A stretch of 32,000 nucleotides of DNA from Pasteurella multocida (GTDB lineage: Bacteria; Pseudomonadota; Gammaproteobacteria; Enterobacterales; Pasteurellaceae). Positions 23,766-32,000 of the stretch are shown here, in pieces. Location of the stretch: NCBI RefSeq assembly GCF_900187275.1, contig NZ_LT906458.1, positions 1,620,001 to 1,652,000 on the forward strand, read 5' to 3'. The notes beneath the pieces are model-generated. The model saw only the letters and a list, made by a program, of their open reading frames with translations, was not told the DNA's origin and did no database searches. Each line of letters begins with the position of its first letter. Positions within the stretch are counted from its first letter, which is position 1. The position numbers were made by a program, and so were the translations under genes.

Positions 23766-24326
23766 CTAAACCTTCCTTGATAAGGTAATTGCCCCCAGCA
23801 TACAACTTATCTTGCATTGACCACAGCCATGACAAGCTGGACTAACAACAAGTTGTTTATGTTGAATCGACAAAGCATGTTGTGGGCATTTTTGCTGACA
23901 CTCAGAACAAGATTGCCCTTGTGTAATTAAACATTTTTCGCTAAAGATTGGACGTAATTCCGTGTCCGCTGAAAATGCTCGATGTAAGGCGCCTGTAGTA
24001 CAAGCTTCGGCACATTTACCACAAAAATCACAGGCTGAAAAATCAATTTCTAGCACGGGTTTTCCTTCCACCAAGCGAAGCAAGCCATAAGGACAGGCAC
24101 CAATACAATCCGCACATCCATGACACACTTGAAGTAATAAGGCTTCTTTAGCCGCAAAGGGCGGTCGATTTTTTAAACGTTTTTCCTGTTTCGTGTTTCC
24201 CCCCAATAAGCCACGCAATAAACCACGACGTGAAATAGTATGGTGAGAAAGATAGGCTTCATAATAACGTTCATCTTTCTGACGATGCCGATGAGTTGAG
24301 TCATTATTGTGCATGCTTTGCCTCAT
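23766..24326 (-). CDS. NapF-like 4Fe-4S ferredoxin-type protein
   Basis: Several CxxCxxCxxxC(P) motifs and an N-terminal twin-arginine-like SRRGLLRGLLGG. It is the last gene of the dms cluster. Confidence 0.7.
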   Translation of the reverse strand: MRQSMHNNDSTHRHRQKDERYYEAYLSHHTISRRGLLRGLLGGNTKQEKRLKNRPPFAAKEALLLQVCHGCADCIGACPYGLLRLVEGKPVLEIDFSACDFCGKCAEACTTGALHRAFSADTELRPIFSEKCLITQGQSCSECQQKCPQHALSIQHKQLVVSPACHGCGQCKISCMLGAITLSRKV

Positions 24327-24331
24327 GTGAT

Positions 24332-24937
24332 TTAACGATAAAGACGTACGCTGTTCACTTGAATATCAAGCTGTTGCTGCCATTGATTTAACGTCGCTTG
24401 CGTCAATAACGCAAGACCTCGATAAAATACTGACGTTTGTTGATTCGCTAAAAGTTGTAAATAACGTGTTGACCAAGTAAAGACATGCTCACTTAAAAAG
24501 ATAACCAATAATTCTGGGCGATTTTCCGCTAAATATGCAGACAGTAACAACATTAGCCCAATATGATCCTCTGGTTCATTTTGTGTGGTTACAAACTCAA
24601 CACGGTGTTGGCGTAAAAATTCGCGTAATTTCAGTAAAGAATCACCAAAAAGTACTGACTCGGGATCAAGATAAACCGATCCCCAAGGTGGAGCACTCAA
24701 GGCAGCGGGACCAATAAATAATTCTTGGTATGTTGTATCTAATGCTTCGCTTGCAAGACCTTGCTGAATAGCCTGCAAGATCGTTGCATCCACTTCATGC
24801 TGCCATTCATGTTGCCAATCAGGCTGACGGAAAAAATCCAAAATGGATTCAAGCTGTGCTTCAGTCGGTGCATAATAAAATAAAGCACCTAATAAACGCC
24901 CTGATAAGGAAACCCATTGACGTTGTGGCATATTCAT
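24332..24937 (-). CDS. dmsD: Tat proofreading chaperone DmsD (TorD family)
   Basis: GRLLGALFYYAP, PPWGSVYLD..SVLFGDS and NEPEDHIGLMLL blocks are collinear with E. coli DmsD. ATG 24937 has GGGGA 8 nt upstream; the track start at 24982 is less likely. Confidence 0.8.
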   Translation of the reverse strand: MNMPQRQWVSLSGRLLGALFYYAPTEAQLESILDFFRQPDWQHEWQHEVDATILQAIQQGLASEALDTTYQELFIGPAALSAPPWGSVYLDPESVLFGDSLLKLREFLRQHRVEFVTTQNEPEDHIGLMLLLSAYLAENRPELLVIFLSEHVFTWSTRYLQLLANQQTSVFYRGLALLTQATLNQWQQQLDIQVNSVRLYR

Positions 24938-25025
24938 AACATGAATCCCCAAAATTTTCATAAAATAGACCGCACTTAGCACTTGTGTTGTTCAGGGCAG
25001 CGCGAGCGCTACCCCGTTAGGTTTA

Positions 25026-25874
25026 CTATGCCCCGACAGCCATCCCAACCGTCATATGCAATCCATAAAATAACGTCCGCCCGATCATTTCAGCGGCGAA
25101 CACCAATAACACGGCACAAAGTTTACTCATCCATGAAGCCGGTTTATGGAGCACATAGAATAAACAGGCTATTGCCAAACCCAATAACACAAAACGTAAC
25201 GCACTTAAGGTGGCGAAATCTGGTACCAGTGCCGTCGCTTTTTGTGCTGACGTGACGACTGTGGATAACGCGAACCCTTGATAAATAATGACGATTGCGG
25301 CTACTAACGTTGTAATAGAAACAAGGGTTGGTACCCAAGAAACCACTTTAGCATCTGGTCGTTCACTATGTAATAAACCATAACCGAGGGTAAAACCTGC
25401 CAAAATAATGGTTAAATAAAAGCCCCAAGTAGTAAAACTGGTATGCCATGTTGGCACCGTTGAGATGTGATAAACCTTATTCATCATATACATAAAGATT
25501 AATCCCATCGCAGAGGCACATACCAATAAAAAGCGTCCAAATGCCTTTGGTAACTTGTCTAATATCGCAAATAACCAATATATGCCCGCAAGCGCAAAGA
25601 ACAACGTACCGGTGGCAATTTCGTTACTCAACATAGATTCACCTACTCGATTTAATGCGTTAAATGCACGCAATGGCGAGCCTAAATGCGTGATAGAGGC
25701 AATAAAACCTATACCGAGTAACGCTAATAATACAAACATCGCTTTGTGCACATAAACACGATAGTGTTTGTCTTCTGTCGTAAATAGAACAATAGCAAAG
25801 AGTAAAAAAGCCCCCACAACTGATTGTGCTAATACGGTGAAAATCACTAAAGGTAATTCGTGTAATCCGTTCAT
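25026..25874 (-). CDS. dmsC: anaerobic DMSO reductase membrane anchor subunit C
   Basis: 282-aa polytopic membrane protein directly after dmsB. Confidence 0.8.
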   Translation of the reverse strand: MNGLHELPLVIFTVLAQSVVGAFLLFAIVLFTTEDKHYRVYVHKAMFVLLALLGIGFIASITHLGSPLRAFNALNRVGESMLSNEIATGTLFFALAGIYWLFAILDKLPKAFGRFLLVCASAMGLIFMYMMNKVYHISTVPTWHTSFTTWGFYLTIILAGFTLGYGLLHSERPDAKVVSWVPTLVSITTLVAAIVIIYQGFALSTVVTSAQKATALVPDFATLSALRFVLLGLAIACLFYVLHKPASWMSKLCAVLLVFAAEMIGRTLFYGLHMTVGMAVGA

Positions 25875-25875
25875 C

Positions 25876-26499
25876 TTACACCTCCCTTGGATTCGCTAAA
25901 AAACCGGTTGTATCCCCCGTTGGACGCGCATTTTTATTGGTCTTAATCACCAAATTTGGCGCAGTATGTTCTGGCGAGGGTAATGGCGCAATCGCCGCTA
26001 AATCACCATAGGTTTTGCGTAGCTCATCAATGGGCGCGAAATCTAGAGCCCGTAATGGACACGCATCAACACAAATCGGTTTTTTCCCTTCCAATATACG
26101 TGAATGGCAGCCATCGCATTTAGTCATATGCCCTTTCATTGCATCATATTGTGGTGCATCATAAGGACAAGCCATATGACAATAACGACAACCAATACAG
26201 ATTGCTTCATTCACGATGACAAAGCCATCTTCTGTTTTATGCATTGCACCCGTTGGACAAACTGACACACAAGCAGGATTGTCGCAGTGATTACAGGAAA
26301 TCGATAAATAATAAGCAAAAACATTATGTTGCCAACATCCATTTGCTTGCTGTTGCCAGTCACCACCTGCATATTCATAAATGCGACGAAAATTCACGTT
26401 GGTATCGAGGTCTTTATAGTCTTTGCAGGCTAATTCACAAGTCTTACAGCCGGTGCAACGATCTGAGTCAAAATAAAAGCCATACTGAACACTCATCAT
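25876..26499 (-). CDS. dmsB: anaerobic DMSO reductase Fe-S subunit B
   Basis: Four Cys clusters (CTGCKTCELACK, CNHCDNPACVSVCP, CIGCRYCHMACP, CDGC...C..ACP). Starts QYGFYFDS. Confidence 0.9.
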   Translation of the reverse strand: MMSVQYGFYFDSDRCTGCKTCELACKDYKDLDTNVNFRRIYEYAGGDWQQQANGCWQHNVFAYYLSISCNHCDNPACVSVCPTGAMHKTEDGFVIVNEAICIGCRYCHMACPYDAPQYDAMKGHMTKCDGCHSRILEGKKPICVDACPLRALDFAPIDELRKTYGDLAAIAPLPSPEHTAPNLVIKTNKNARPTGDTTGFLANPREV

Positions 26500-26506
26500 T
26501 TACTCC

Positions 26507-28945
26507 TTACACTTTCGCAACTTGAACTAAGTTAGAATGCTGTGGATTACCCTTCGCGAGAGGCGATGGACGTTGTGTTGTCAATACGTTCACACAACCT
26601 GAATGATCCACACCTTGACTGTCTGGTGCATACCAAGCACCCTCACTTAACGCGACTACACCGGGGATAATACGAGGTGTCACTTTGGCATGAATCTGCA
26701 CTTCACCACGATCATTAAAGATACGAATCATATCGCCATTTTTAATATCGCGTGCTTGTGCATCAATCGGATTAATCCACACTTCTTGCGGGGTCGCCGC
26801 CTTAATCACGTCCACGTTACCGTAAGTTGAATGTGTACGCGCTTTATAATGAAAACCTGTCATTTGTAACGGATATTTTTCCATTAATTTATCGCCATAG
26901 TGTTCAAAACTGTCAGCATGTACAGGCAATGGGTGAATCACTTCATCGTCTTTTAGCGACCACGTTTTGGCGATTTCCGCTAAGCGCTCAGAGTAAATCT
27001 CAATTTTACCGGATGGTGTTTTGAGAGGATTCGCTTGCGGATCTTCACGGAAAGCCTTATAAGCCACATAAAAGCCATTTGGATCGACTTTTTTAAAGAT
27101 GCCTTGCTGTCTGAATTCTTCAAAGGTCGGCAATTCTGGCAAGTTTTCTCGGGATTGTTGATAAATATGACGGAGCCATTCTTCTTGTGTGCGCCCTTCA
27201 GTGAATGCTTGCTTAACCCCCATTTTCTCGGCTAAATCCGTTAACATGTCATAAATATTACGGCACTCAAAAGAAGGGGGGATCACTTGATCTGCAAAGA
27301 TCACATAGTTCATATTGGCGACAAAGGCATCGGTACAAAAATCCATTTGCTCTGACGCAGTACAATCTGGTAACAAAATATCACTGTATTTTGCGGTTGA
27401 AGTCATATGATTATCAATGGTAATAATCAATTCACACTGTGTCTCATCTTGCAAAGTTTCGTGAGTACGATTGATGTCGGAATGCTGGTTAATCAAACAG
27501 TTACTCGCATAATTCCAAATCACTTTAATAGGTGCAGTGAGTTTTTCCACACCACGAATACCATCCGTTAATGCAGTCATTTCGTGCGCACGAAAAATCG
27601 CATCTGTCCATAAAAACATCGGAATACTGGCTTTCACTGGGTTTGTTAAGGTTGGCATACGGACAAAAGGGACTTTATAAGTGCTTTCCCTTGCTCCAGT
27701 ATTGCCCCCATTAATTCCCACATTACCGGTCAGAATCGGTAACATAGCAATCGCACGAGAAATCAGCTCGCCATTACTGCGACGTTGTGGTCCCCAACCT
27801 TGCGAAATATAAGCAGGTTTCGTTCCGGCAATTTCTCGAGCCAATTTAATAATACGTTGTTCAGGAATTCCCGTAATTTTCGCCGCCCACTCCGGTGTTT
27901 TGACAATTCCATCATCCCCTTCCCCCAAAATATAGGCTTTATAATGCCCATTTTTTGGTGCGCCTTCAGGCAAGGTTTTTTCATCATAGCCAACACAATA
28001 CGTATCTAAGAACGCTTGATCGACTAAATCTTCTGTAATCATCACATAAGCTAAAGCCGAAACTAAGGCGGCATCAGTACCTGGACGAATTGGAATCCAT
28101 TCATCCTCACGTCCAGCCGCGGTATCAGTATAACGAGGATCAATAATGATCATTTTCGCATTCGATTTTTGTCGTGCTTGTTCAATACAATACGTCAATC
28201 CCCCACCGCTCATGCGTGTTTCTGCTGGATTATTACCAAAAAGGACAACCAACTTCGTATTTTCGATATCAGCTAAGCCATTTCCTAATGCCCAACCACC
28301 GCCATAGGTATAATCCAACCCGACTGCAATTTGTGCGGTGCTGTAATCACCATAATGGTTGAGATAACCCCCTAAACAGTTCATAAAACGGGCAAGCATA
28401 GTTGACCCCGGAGGCCAAGACTTAGTCATTGTGCCGCCCAGTGTACCTGTACCATAATTGAGATAAATCGATTCATTACCATATTGCGCAATATTCTTAC
28501 GTAGTGAAGTAGCAATCTCATTTAGTGCTTCATCCCAACTGATACGCTTAAACTTACCTTCACCGCGTTTACCCACACGCTTCATTGGGTATTTCAAACG
28601 GTCTGGATTATAAACACGCCGGCGCATTGAACGTCCGCGTAAACACGCTCTGACTTGGTGGTCAACGTTATATGTATCCGTTCCCGTGTTGTCAGTTTCG
28701 ACATAGATAATTTTATTGTCTTTCACGTGCATTCTCAGTGGACAACGGCTACCACAGTTCACTGTGCAAGCACTCCAAACCACTTTTTCCTGCAGATTTT
28801 CTGTTGATGAGGATGTCGCTTTTTTTTCATTAGCGACGGCTTTGAAAGGTAATGACAGATTGGTCGCAGCGAGCGCTGCACCAATTGAAGTTCTTTGCAG
28901 TAAAGAACGTCTGGTCAATCTTGAATTGACAAGCAATTTATCCAT
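26507..28945 (-). CDS. dmsA: anaerobic DMSO reductase catalytic subunit A (molybdopterin), Tat-exported
   Basis: ATG 28945 is preceded by GGGGGATACGTT. Tat signal LTRRSLLQRTSIGAALAA and the CTVNCGSRCPL Fe-S motif are present. The track start at 29038 adds an implausible leader. Confidence 0.9.
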   Translation of the reverse strand: MDKLLVNSRLTRRSLLQRTSIGAALAATNLSLPFKAVANEKKATSSSTENLQEKVVWSACTVNCGSRCPLRMHVKDNKIIYVETDNTGTDTYNVDHQVRACLRGRSMRRRVYNPDRLKYPMKRVGKRGEGKFKRISWDEALNEIATSLRKNIAQYGNESIYLNYGTGTLGGTMTKSWPPGSTMLARFMNCLGGYLNHYGDYSTAQIAVGLDYTYGGGWALGNGLADIENTKLVVLFGNNPAETRMSGGGLTYCIEQARQKSNAKMIIIDPRYTDTAAGREDEWIPIRPGTDAALVSALAYVMITEDLVDQAFLDTYCVGYDEKTLPEGAPKNGHYKAYILGEGDDGIVKTPEWAAKITGIPEQRIIKLAREIAGTKPAYISQGWGPQRRSNGELISRAIAMLPILTGNVGINGGNTGARESTYKVPFVRMPTLTNPVKASIPMFLWTDAIFRAHEMTALTDGIRGVEKLTAPIKVIWNYASNCLINQHSDINRTHETLQDETQCELIITIDNHMTSTAKYSDILLPDCTASEQMDFCTDAFVANMNYVIFADQVIPPSFECRNIYDMLTDLAEKMGVKQAFTEGRTQEEWLRHIYQQSRENLPELPTFEEFRQQGIFKKVDPNGFYVAYKAFREDPQANPLKTPSGKIEIYSERLAEIAKTWSLKDDEVIHPLPVHADSFEHYGDKLMEKYPLQMTGFHYKARTHSTYGNVDVIKAATPQEVWINPIDAQARDIKNGDMIRIFNDRGEVQIHAKVTPRIIPGVVALSEGAWYAPDSQGVDHSGCVNVLTTQRPSPLAKGNPQHSNLVQVAKV

Positions 28946-29074
28946 AACGTATCCCCCGATGGTTATGCTATAAACAGACATAGAAACATCTATTCTATTA
29001 AACAACCAAAAAGAGGTAGGGAATATGAGATAGATCAACTTTTATCTTTTAAGATAAAAAATAAGCCATATTAT

Positions 29075-29088
29075 ATGATATAAATCAA
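29075..29088. promoter_or_regulatory. FNR-type box upstream of dmsA
   Basis: ATGAT-ATAA-ATCAA versus consensus TTGAT-N4-ATCAA (9/10). A weaker copy, ATGAG-ATAG-ATCAA, lies at 29025-29038. Confidence 0.45.
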
Positions 29089-29133
29089 TCACTTATAAAA
29101 ATGATAATAATTAGCATTCAACTAGAATAGGCG

Positions 29134-29176
29134 TAAAAAAGACCATGATGTGATACTCATTACCGCATCATGGTCT
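29134..29176 (-). terminator. Rho-independent terminator after the MgtC-family gene
   Basis: AGACCATGATG...CATCATGGTCT stem preceded by AAAAAA, which gives TTTTTT on the minus strand. Confidence 0.6.
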
Positions 29177-29190
29177 GTTTCATGTCATGC

Positions 29191-29910
29191 TTAATTATCT
29201 AAATCCACACTCACCACTTCCGGCTCATTTTTTAGCAGCAAGTACACGTTTTGGAGCATGGTTTTGTCTGTAATCAAACAGCGCATATTTAAACGCACAT
29301 CATCCGTATTGGGTAAGTCTTTCACACTTAAGCTATCCAGACGGTAATTATTGCTGATTAAAATATCTGTGACTTTACCAATCGCATTCGGTGTATTGAG
29401 CTGAATGGTAATCTTCGTTTTACGAATATTATTTTTACGACGGACTAAACTTTGCACTAAAGGACTTAAACGAACAGCAATTAAAATCATCACGGTCGCA
29501 ATAATCGCATCAAAGAAAAAGCCTGCGCCACTGGCAATACCAATACCTGCAGCCGCCCAAATAATCGCAGCCGTCGTTAAGCCTGAAATCGCATCATTAC
29601 TTTTACGTAAAATCACCCCCGCACCTAAAAAGCCAATCCCACTAATCACTTGCGCGGCTAAACGCATGGGATCGGTACGGATATTTTCTGACACTTGAGC
29701 ATAATGCTCAGCGGCTTGAATAGACACAATGGTTAATACACAGGTTGTTACCGCGATAATGACGCAAGTCTTCACCCCTACTGCTTTACGTTTTAATTCA
29801 CGCTCTAAGCCGATGATTCCGCCTAATAGCATTGCCATTGCCATTTTCGCTAAAATCGCAAAATGCGTTGAGGCTAAAAAAGCATCGAACAAATCTGTTA
29901 ACATTTTCAT
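29191..29910 (-). CDS. MgtC/SapB family membrane protein
   Basis: LLGGIIGLERE motif, four to five TM helices and a C-terminal ACT-like soluble domain. Confidence 0.8.
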   Translation of the reverse strand: MKMLTDLFDAFLASTHFAILAKMAMAMLLGGIIGLERELKRKAVGVKTCVIIAVTTCVLTIVSIQAAEHYAQVSENIRTDPMRLAAQVISGIGFLGAGVILRKSNDAISGLTTAAIIWAAAGIGIASGAGFFFDAIIATVMILIAVRLSPLVQSLVRRKNNIRKTKITIQLNTPNAIGKVTDILISNNYRLDSLSVKDLPNTDDVRLNMRCLITDKTMLQNVYLLLKNEPEVVSVDLDN

Positions 29911-30004
29911 AAATCTACTGCACTAAAATCAATCAATATTATCCCAATTCTAACAAGGACATAAGATAAGTCCATAGGCATCTCAAAATATATTTCTACG
30001 CAAC

Positions 30005-30034
30005 AAAAATGCCTCTAAAATACTTTAGAGGCAT
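30005..30034 (-). terminator. Rho-independent terminator after the PTS gene
   Basis: ATGCCTCTAAA-ATAC-TTTAGAGGCAT preceded by AAAAA, which gives a T-run on the minus strand. Confidence 0.6.
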
Positions 30035-30053
30035 GCTATCTTGGACAAGAAAA

Positions 30054-31547
30054 TTAATCTTCTTTACCTAAAATTTGGTTAACTTCACTTTTGTATAACA
30101 CCGCTTTTGCCCCAAAAATCGCTTGAATACCTCCACCAACTTCAAGAACATCAATTGCCCCTAATGCTTTTAAACGTGCTTTATCTACTGCTTTCACGTC
30201 TTTGACATTTACACGTAAACGCGTAATACAAGCATCCACATGTTCAATATTTTCAGCCTTGCCTAATGCCTCAATAATGTGATGTGCATTTTCAGTTAAC
30301 GAAGAGTTAGTCGATTCAACCACTTCTTCCTGTTCTTCAGCTCTGCCCGGTGTCATCACATCAAATTTCGTAATCAGAAAGCGGAAGCTAAAGTAATATA
30401 ACATTGCCCAAAACACACCGACAACGACTACGAGGATCCAGTTTGTGTTTTCATTCCCCTGTAAAATGCCAAATAAAAGGAAATCAATAAAGCCACCCGA
30501 GAAAGTATTACCAATCGAAATATTCAAGAAATCGGCAATAAAGAATGAAACACCATCTAAGAAAGCATGGAAAACATACAACCAAGGTGCCACAAATAAG
30601 AACATAAATTCGATAGGTTCTGTGATGCCTGTAATAAACGACGTTAAGGCGGCCCCTAAAAACAAACCACCAATCAAACCACGACGTGCTTTAGGTACAC
30701 AGTGATACATTGCCAAACAGGCGGCGGGTAAGCCAAACATCATAGTATCGAAACGCCCCGCGAAGAAGCGAGTCCCTTCAGTGAATAACCCTTGATGGTT
30801 CGGATCAGCTAATTGTGCAAAAAAGATTTTTTGTGCCCCGATAATGGTTTCACCGTTTACAATTTCCGTTCCCCCTAACTCTGTATACCAAAAGAGCGGA
30901 TAAATCATGTGATGTAATCCCACCGCTCCACTCAAACGCATCAAAAAGCCGTAAAAAAACGTCCCAATTGCGCCCATAGAGGCGATACCCTCACCCGCGG
31001 ATACTAGCCAACCTTGGAAAGTTGGCCAAATAAGGAAAAAGAGGAAACCAACAAAAATTGCCGCAAACGCGGTAACAATAGGAACAAATCGCGATCCACC
31101 AAAGAACCCTAGAATTTGGGGTAACTGGATATTATGGTAACGATTATGTAACTTCACGGTTAATAATCCCATCACTAATGATCCAATCACCCCCGTATCA
31201 ATCCCTTTCACTTCTGGCGAAAAAATACTGATTAAGGCATTAATGGTGCCCGTCATGATTAAATAACCGACTACCGCCGCTAATGCAGCGACCCCTTTAT
31301 CACGTTTAGCCAGACCAATGCCTAAACCGATACAAAGTAATAACGCCAGATTAGCAAAAACCACACTGCCTGCGGCAGACATAATTTGGAAAATGCCTTG
31401 TAACACGGGGTTATCTAAAACAGGATAGGCCTGTACCGTCGCTTTATTCGATAATGCACCACCAATCCCTAGTAGCAAACCTGCAGCAGGTAGAATGGCA
31501 ATTGGTAACATGAACGCTTTACCAATTTGTTGAAGCTGCTTAAACAT
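30054..31547 (-). CDS. PTS EIICB component, glucose/maltose family (MalX-like)
   Basis: ATG 31547 is preceded by AGGAG. FKQLQQIGKAFMLPIAILPAAGLLLGIG, LAMYHC and the EIIB active-site ACITRLRV are collinear with E. coli MalX/PtsG-type EIICB. Confidence 0.8.
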   Translation of the reverse strand: MFKQLQQIGKAFMLPIAILPAAGLLLGIGGALSNKATVQAYPVLDNPVLQGIFQIMSAAGSVVFANLALLLCIGLGIGLAKRDKGVAALAAVVGYLIMTGTINALISIFSPEVKGIDTGVIGSLVMGLLTVKLHNRYHNIQLPQILGFFGGSRFVPIVTAFAAIFVGFLFFLIWPTFQGWLVSAGEGIASMGAIGTFFYGFLMRLSGAVGLHHMIYPLFWYTELGGTEIVNGETIIGAQKIFFAQLADPNHQGLFTEGTRFFAGRFDTMMFGLPAACLAMYHCVPKARRGLIGGLFLGAALTSFITGITEPIEFMFLFVAPWLYVFHAFLDGVSFFIADFLNISIGNTFSGGFIDFLLFGILQGNENTNWILVVVVGVFWAMLYYFSFRFLITKFDVMTPGRAEEQEEVVESTNSSLTENAHHIIEALGKAENIEHVDACITRLRVNVKDVKAVDKARLKALGAIDVLEVGGGIQAIFGAKAVLYKSEVNQILGKED

Positions 31548-31766
31548 AATGATCTCCTCTTCACACACAATGATTTGTACTAGTTTACCGCGTTTCTTAA
31601 CCTAACATAGTGAAGTTAATCACATATTTATGATTTATCTCCTTATTTATCTTTGGAATGCTGCATAGAAGAAAAGAAATGAAATGTTTTTTGCTAACGA
31701 TTTTGTCAAGAAATTTAGTAAAATTTGCAGTAAAATGACCGCACTTTTAACTCGTTTTGGGAAACT

Positions 31767-32000
31767 ATGCCAATTTCTAAACAAAAATGGATTGCCTACG
31801 CACAGCTGATGCGATTTGATAAGCCAATTGGCACTTTACTCTTACTTTGGCCAACCCTTTGGGCATTATTTCTATCCGTCAAAGGCATGCCCGACTTGTC
31901 GATATTAAGTATTTTTGTCTTAGGCGTGATTTTTATGCGTGCCGCGGGTTGTGTGATTAATGATTATGCCGATCGTCATATTGATGGTGCCGTCAAACGC
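31767..32000 (+). CDS. ubiA: 4-hydroxybenzoate polyprenyltransferase, N-terminal fragment (3' end outside window)
   Basis: [34 protein letters not shown]...[14 protein letters not shown] is the classic UbiA N-terminus with the NDxxDRxxD motif. Confidence 0.85.
   Translation, partial: MPISKQKWIAYAQLMRFDKPIGTLLLLWPTLWALFLSVKGMPDLSILSIFVLGVIFMRAAGCVINDYADRHIDGAVKR

Noticed and set aside
28946-29038. 5' extension of dmsA (track start 29038); likewise dmsD 24938-24982, the PTS gene 31548-31568, the primase gene 11311-11337 and the GNAT-like gene 6185-6214
   Set aside because: In each case an internal ATG has a much better SD and yields the expected N-terminus (Tat signal, DmsD start, EIIC start).

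Overview
This is a Pasteurellaceae-type chromosomal segment. The Hin-type uptake signal AAGTGCGGT/ACCGCACTT was seen at least 14 times by eye. Left flank (1-4224): rpoE 3' end, rseA, rseB, rseC, mobB and an MdtD-like MFS transporter. Right flank (18984-32000): tRNA-Sec (selC), selA, a nucleoside hydrolase, selB, the dmsABC-dmsD-napF-like operon, an MgtC-family gene, a PTS EIICB gene and the ubiA 5' end. Between them (about 4232-18983) lies a composite insertion at the 3' end of tRNA-Sec, marked by three att-like copies of the tRNA 3' end. (i) A ~12.3-kb phage-satellite-like island (PICI/P4-family features) runs from 6647 to 18983. It encodes a P4-type integrase, an AlpA-like regulator, a Rha-family regulator, a small-terminase-like HTH protein, an Icd-like peptide and a DUF927/P4-alpha-like primase-helicase. 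It has two iteron arrays reminiscent of P4 ori/crr. Its AT-rich accessory genes sit at both ends: an Abi_2/HEPN gene and a 201-aa orphan. (ii) A ~2.4-kb integrase-less mini-island (4232-6646) is built from the same conserved end modules. It carries an overlapping two-gene cassette (GNAT-like + ASCH-like fusion, then a stand-alone ASCH protein). This cassette is my best candidate for an undescribed toxin-antitoxin or anti-phage system. Other non-coding signals are reported with their limits: a candidate antisense sRNA, twin ACTGT-N15-ACAGT operators upstream of alpA, a palindrome-rich 460-bp intergenic region, and integrase arm-type repeats. All motif coordinates were hand-counted (expect +/- 2 nt). 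All family assignments are by-eye motif recognition, not database searches.
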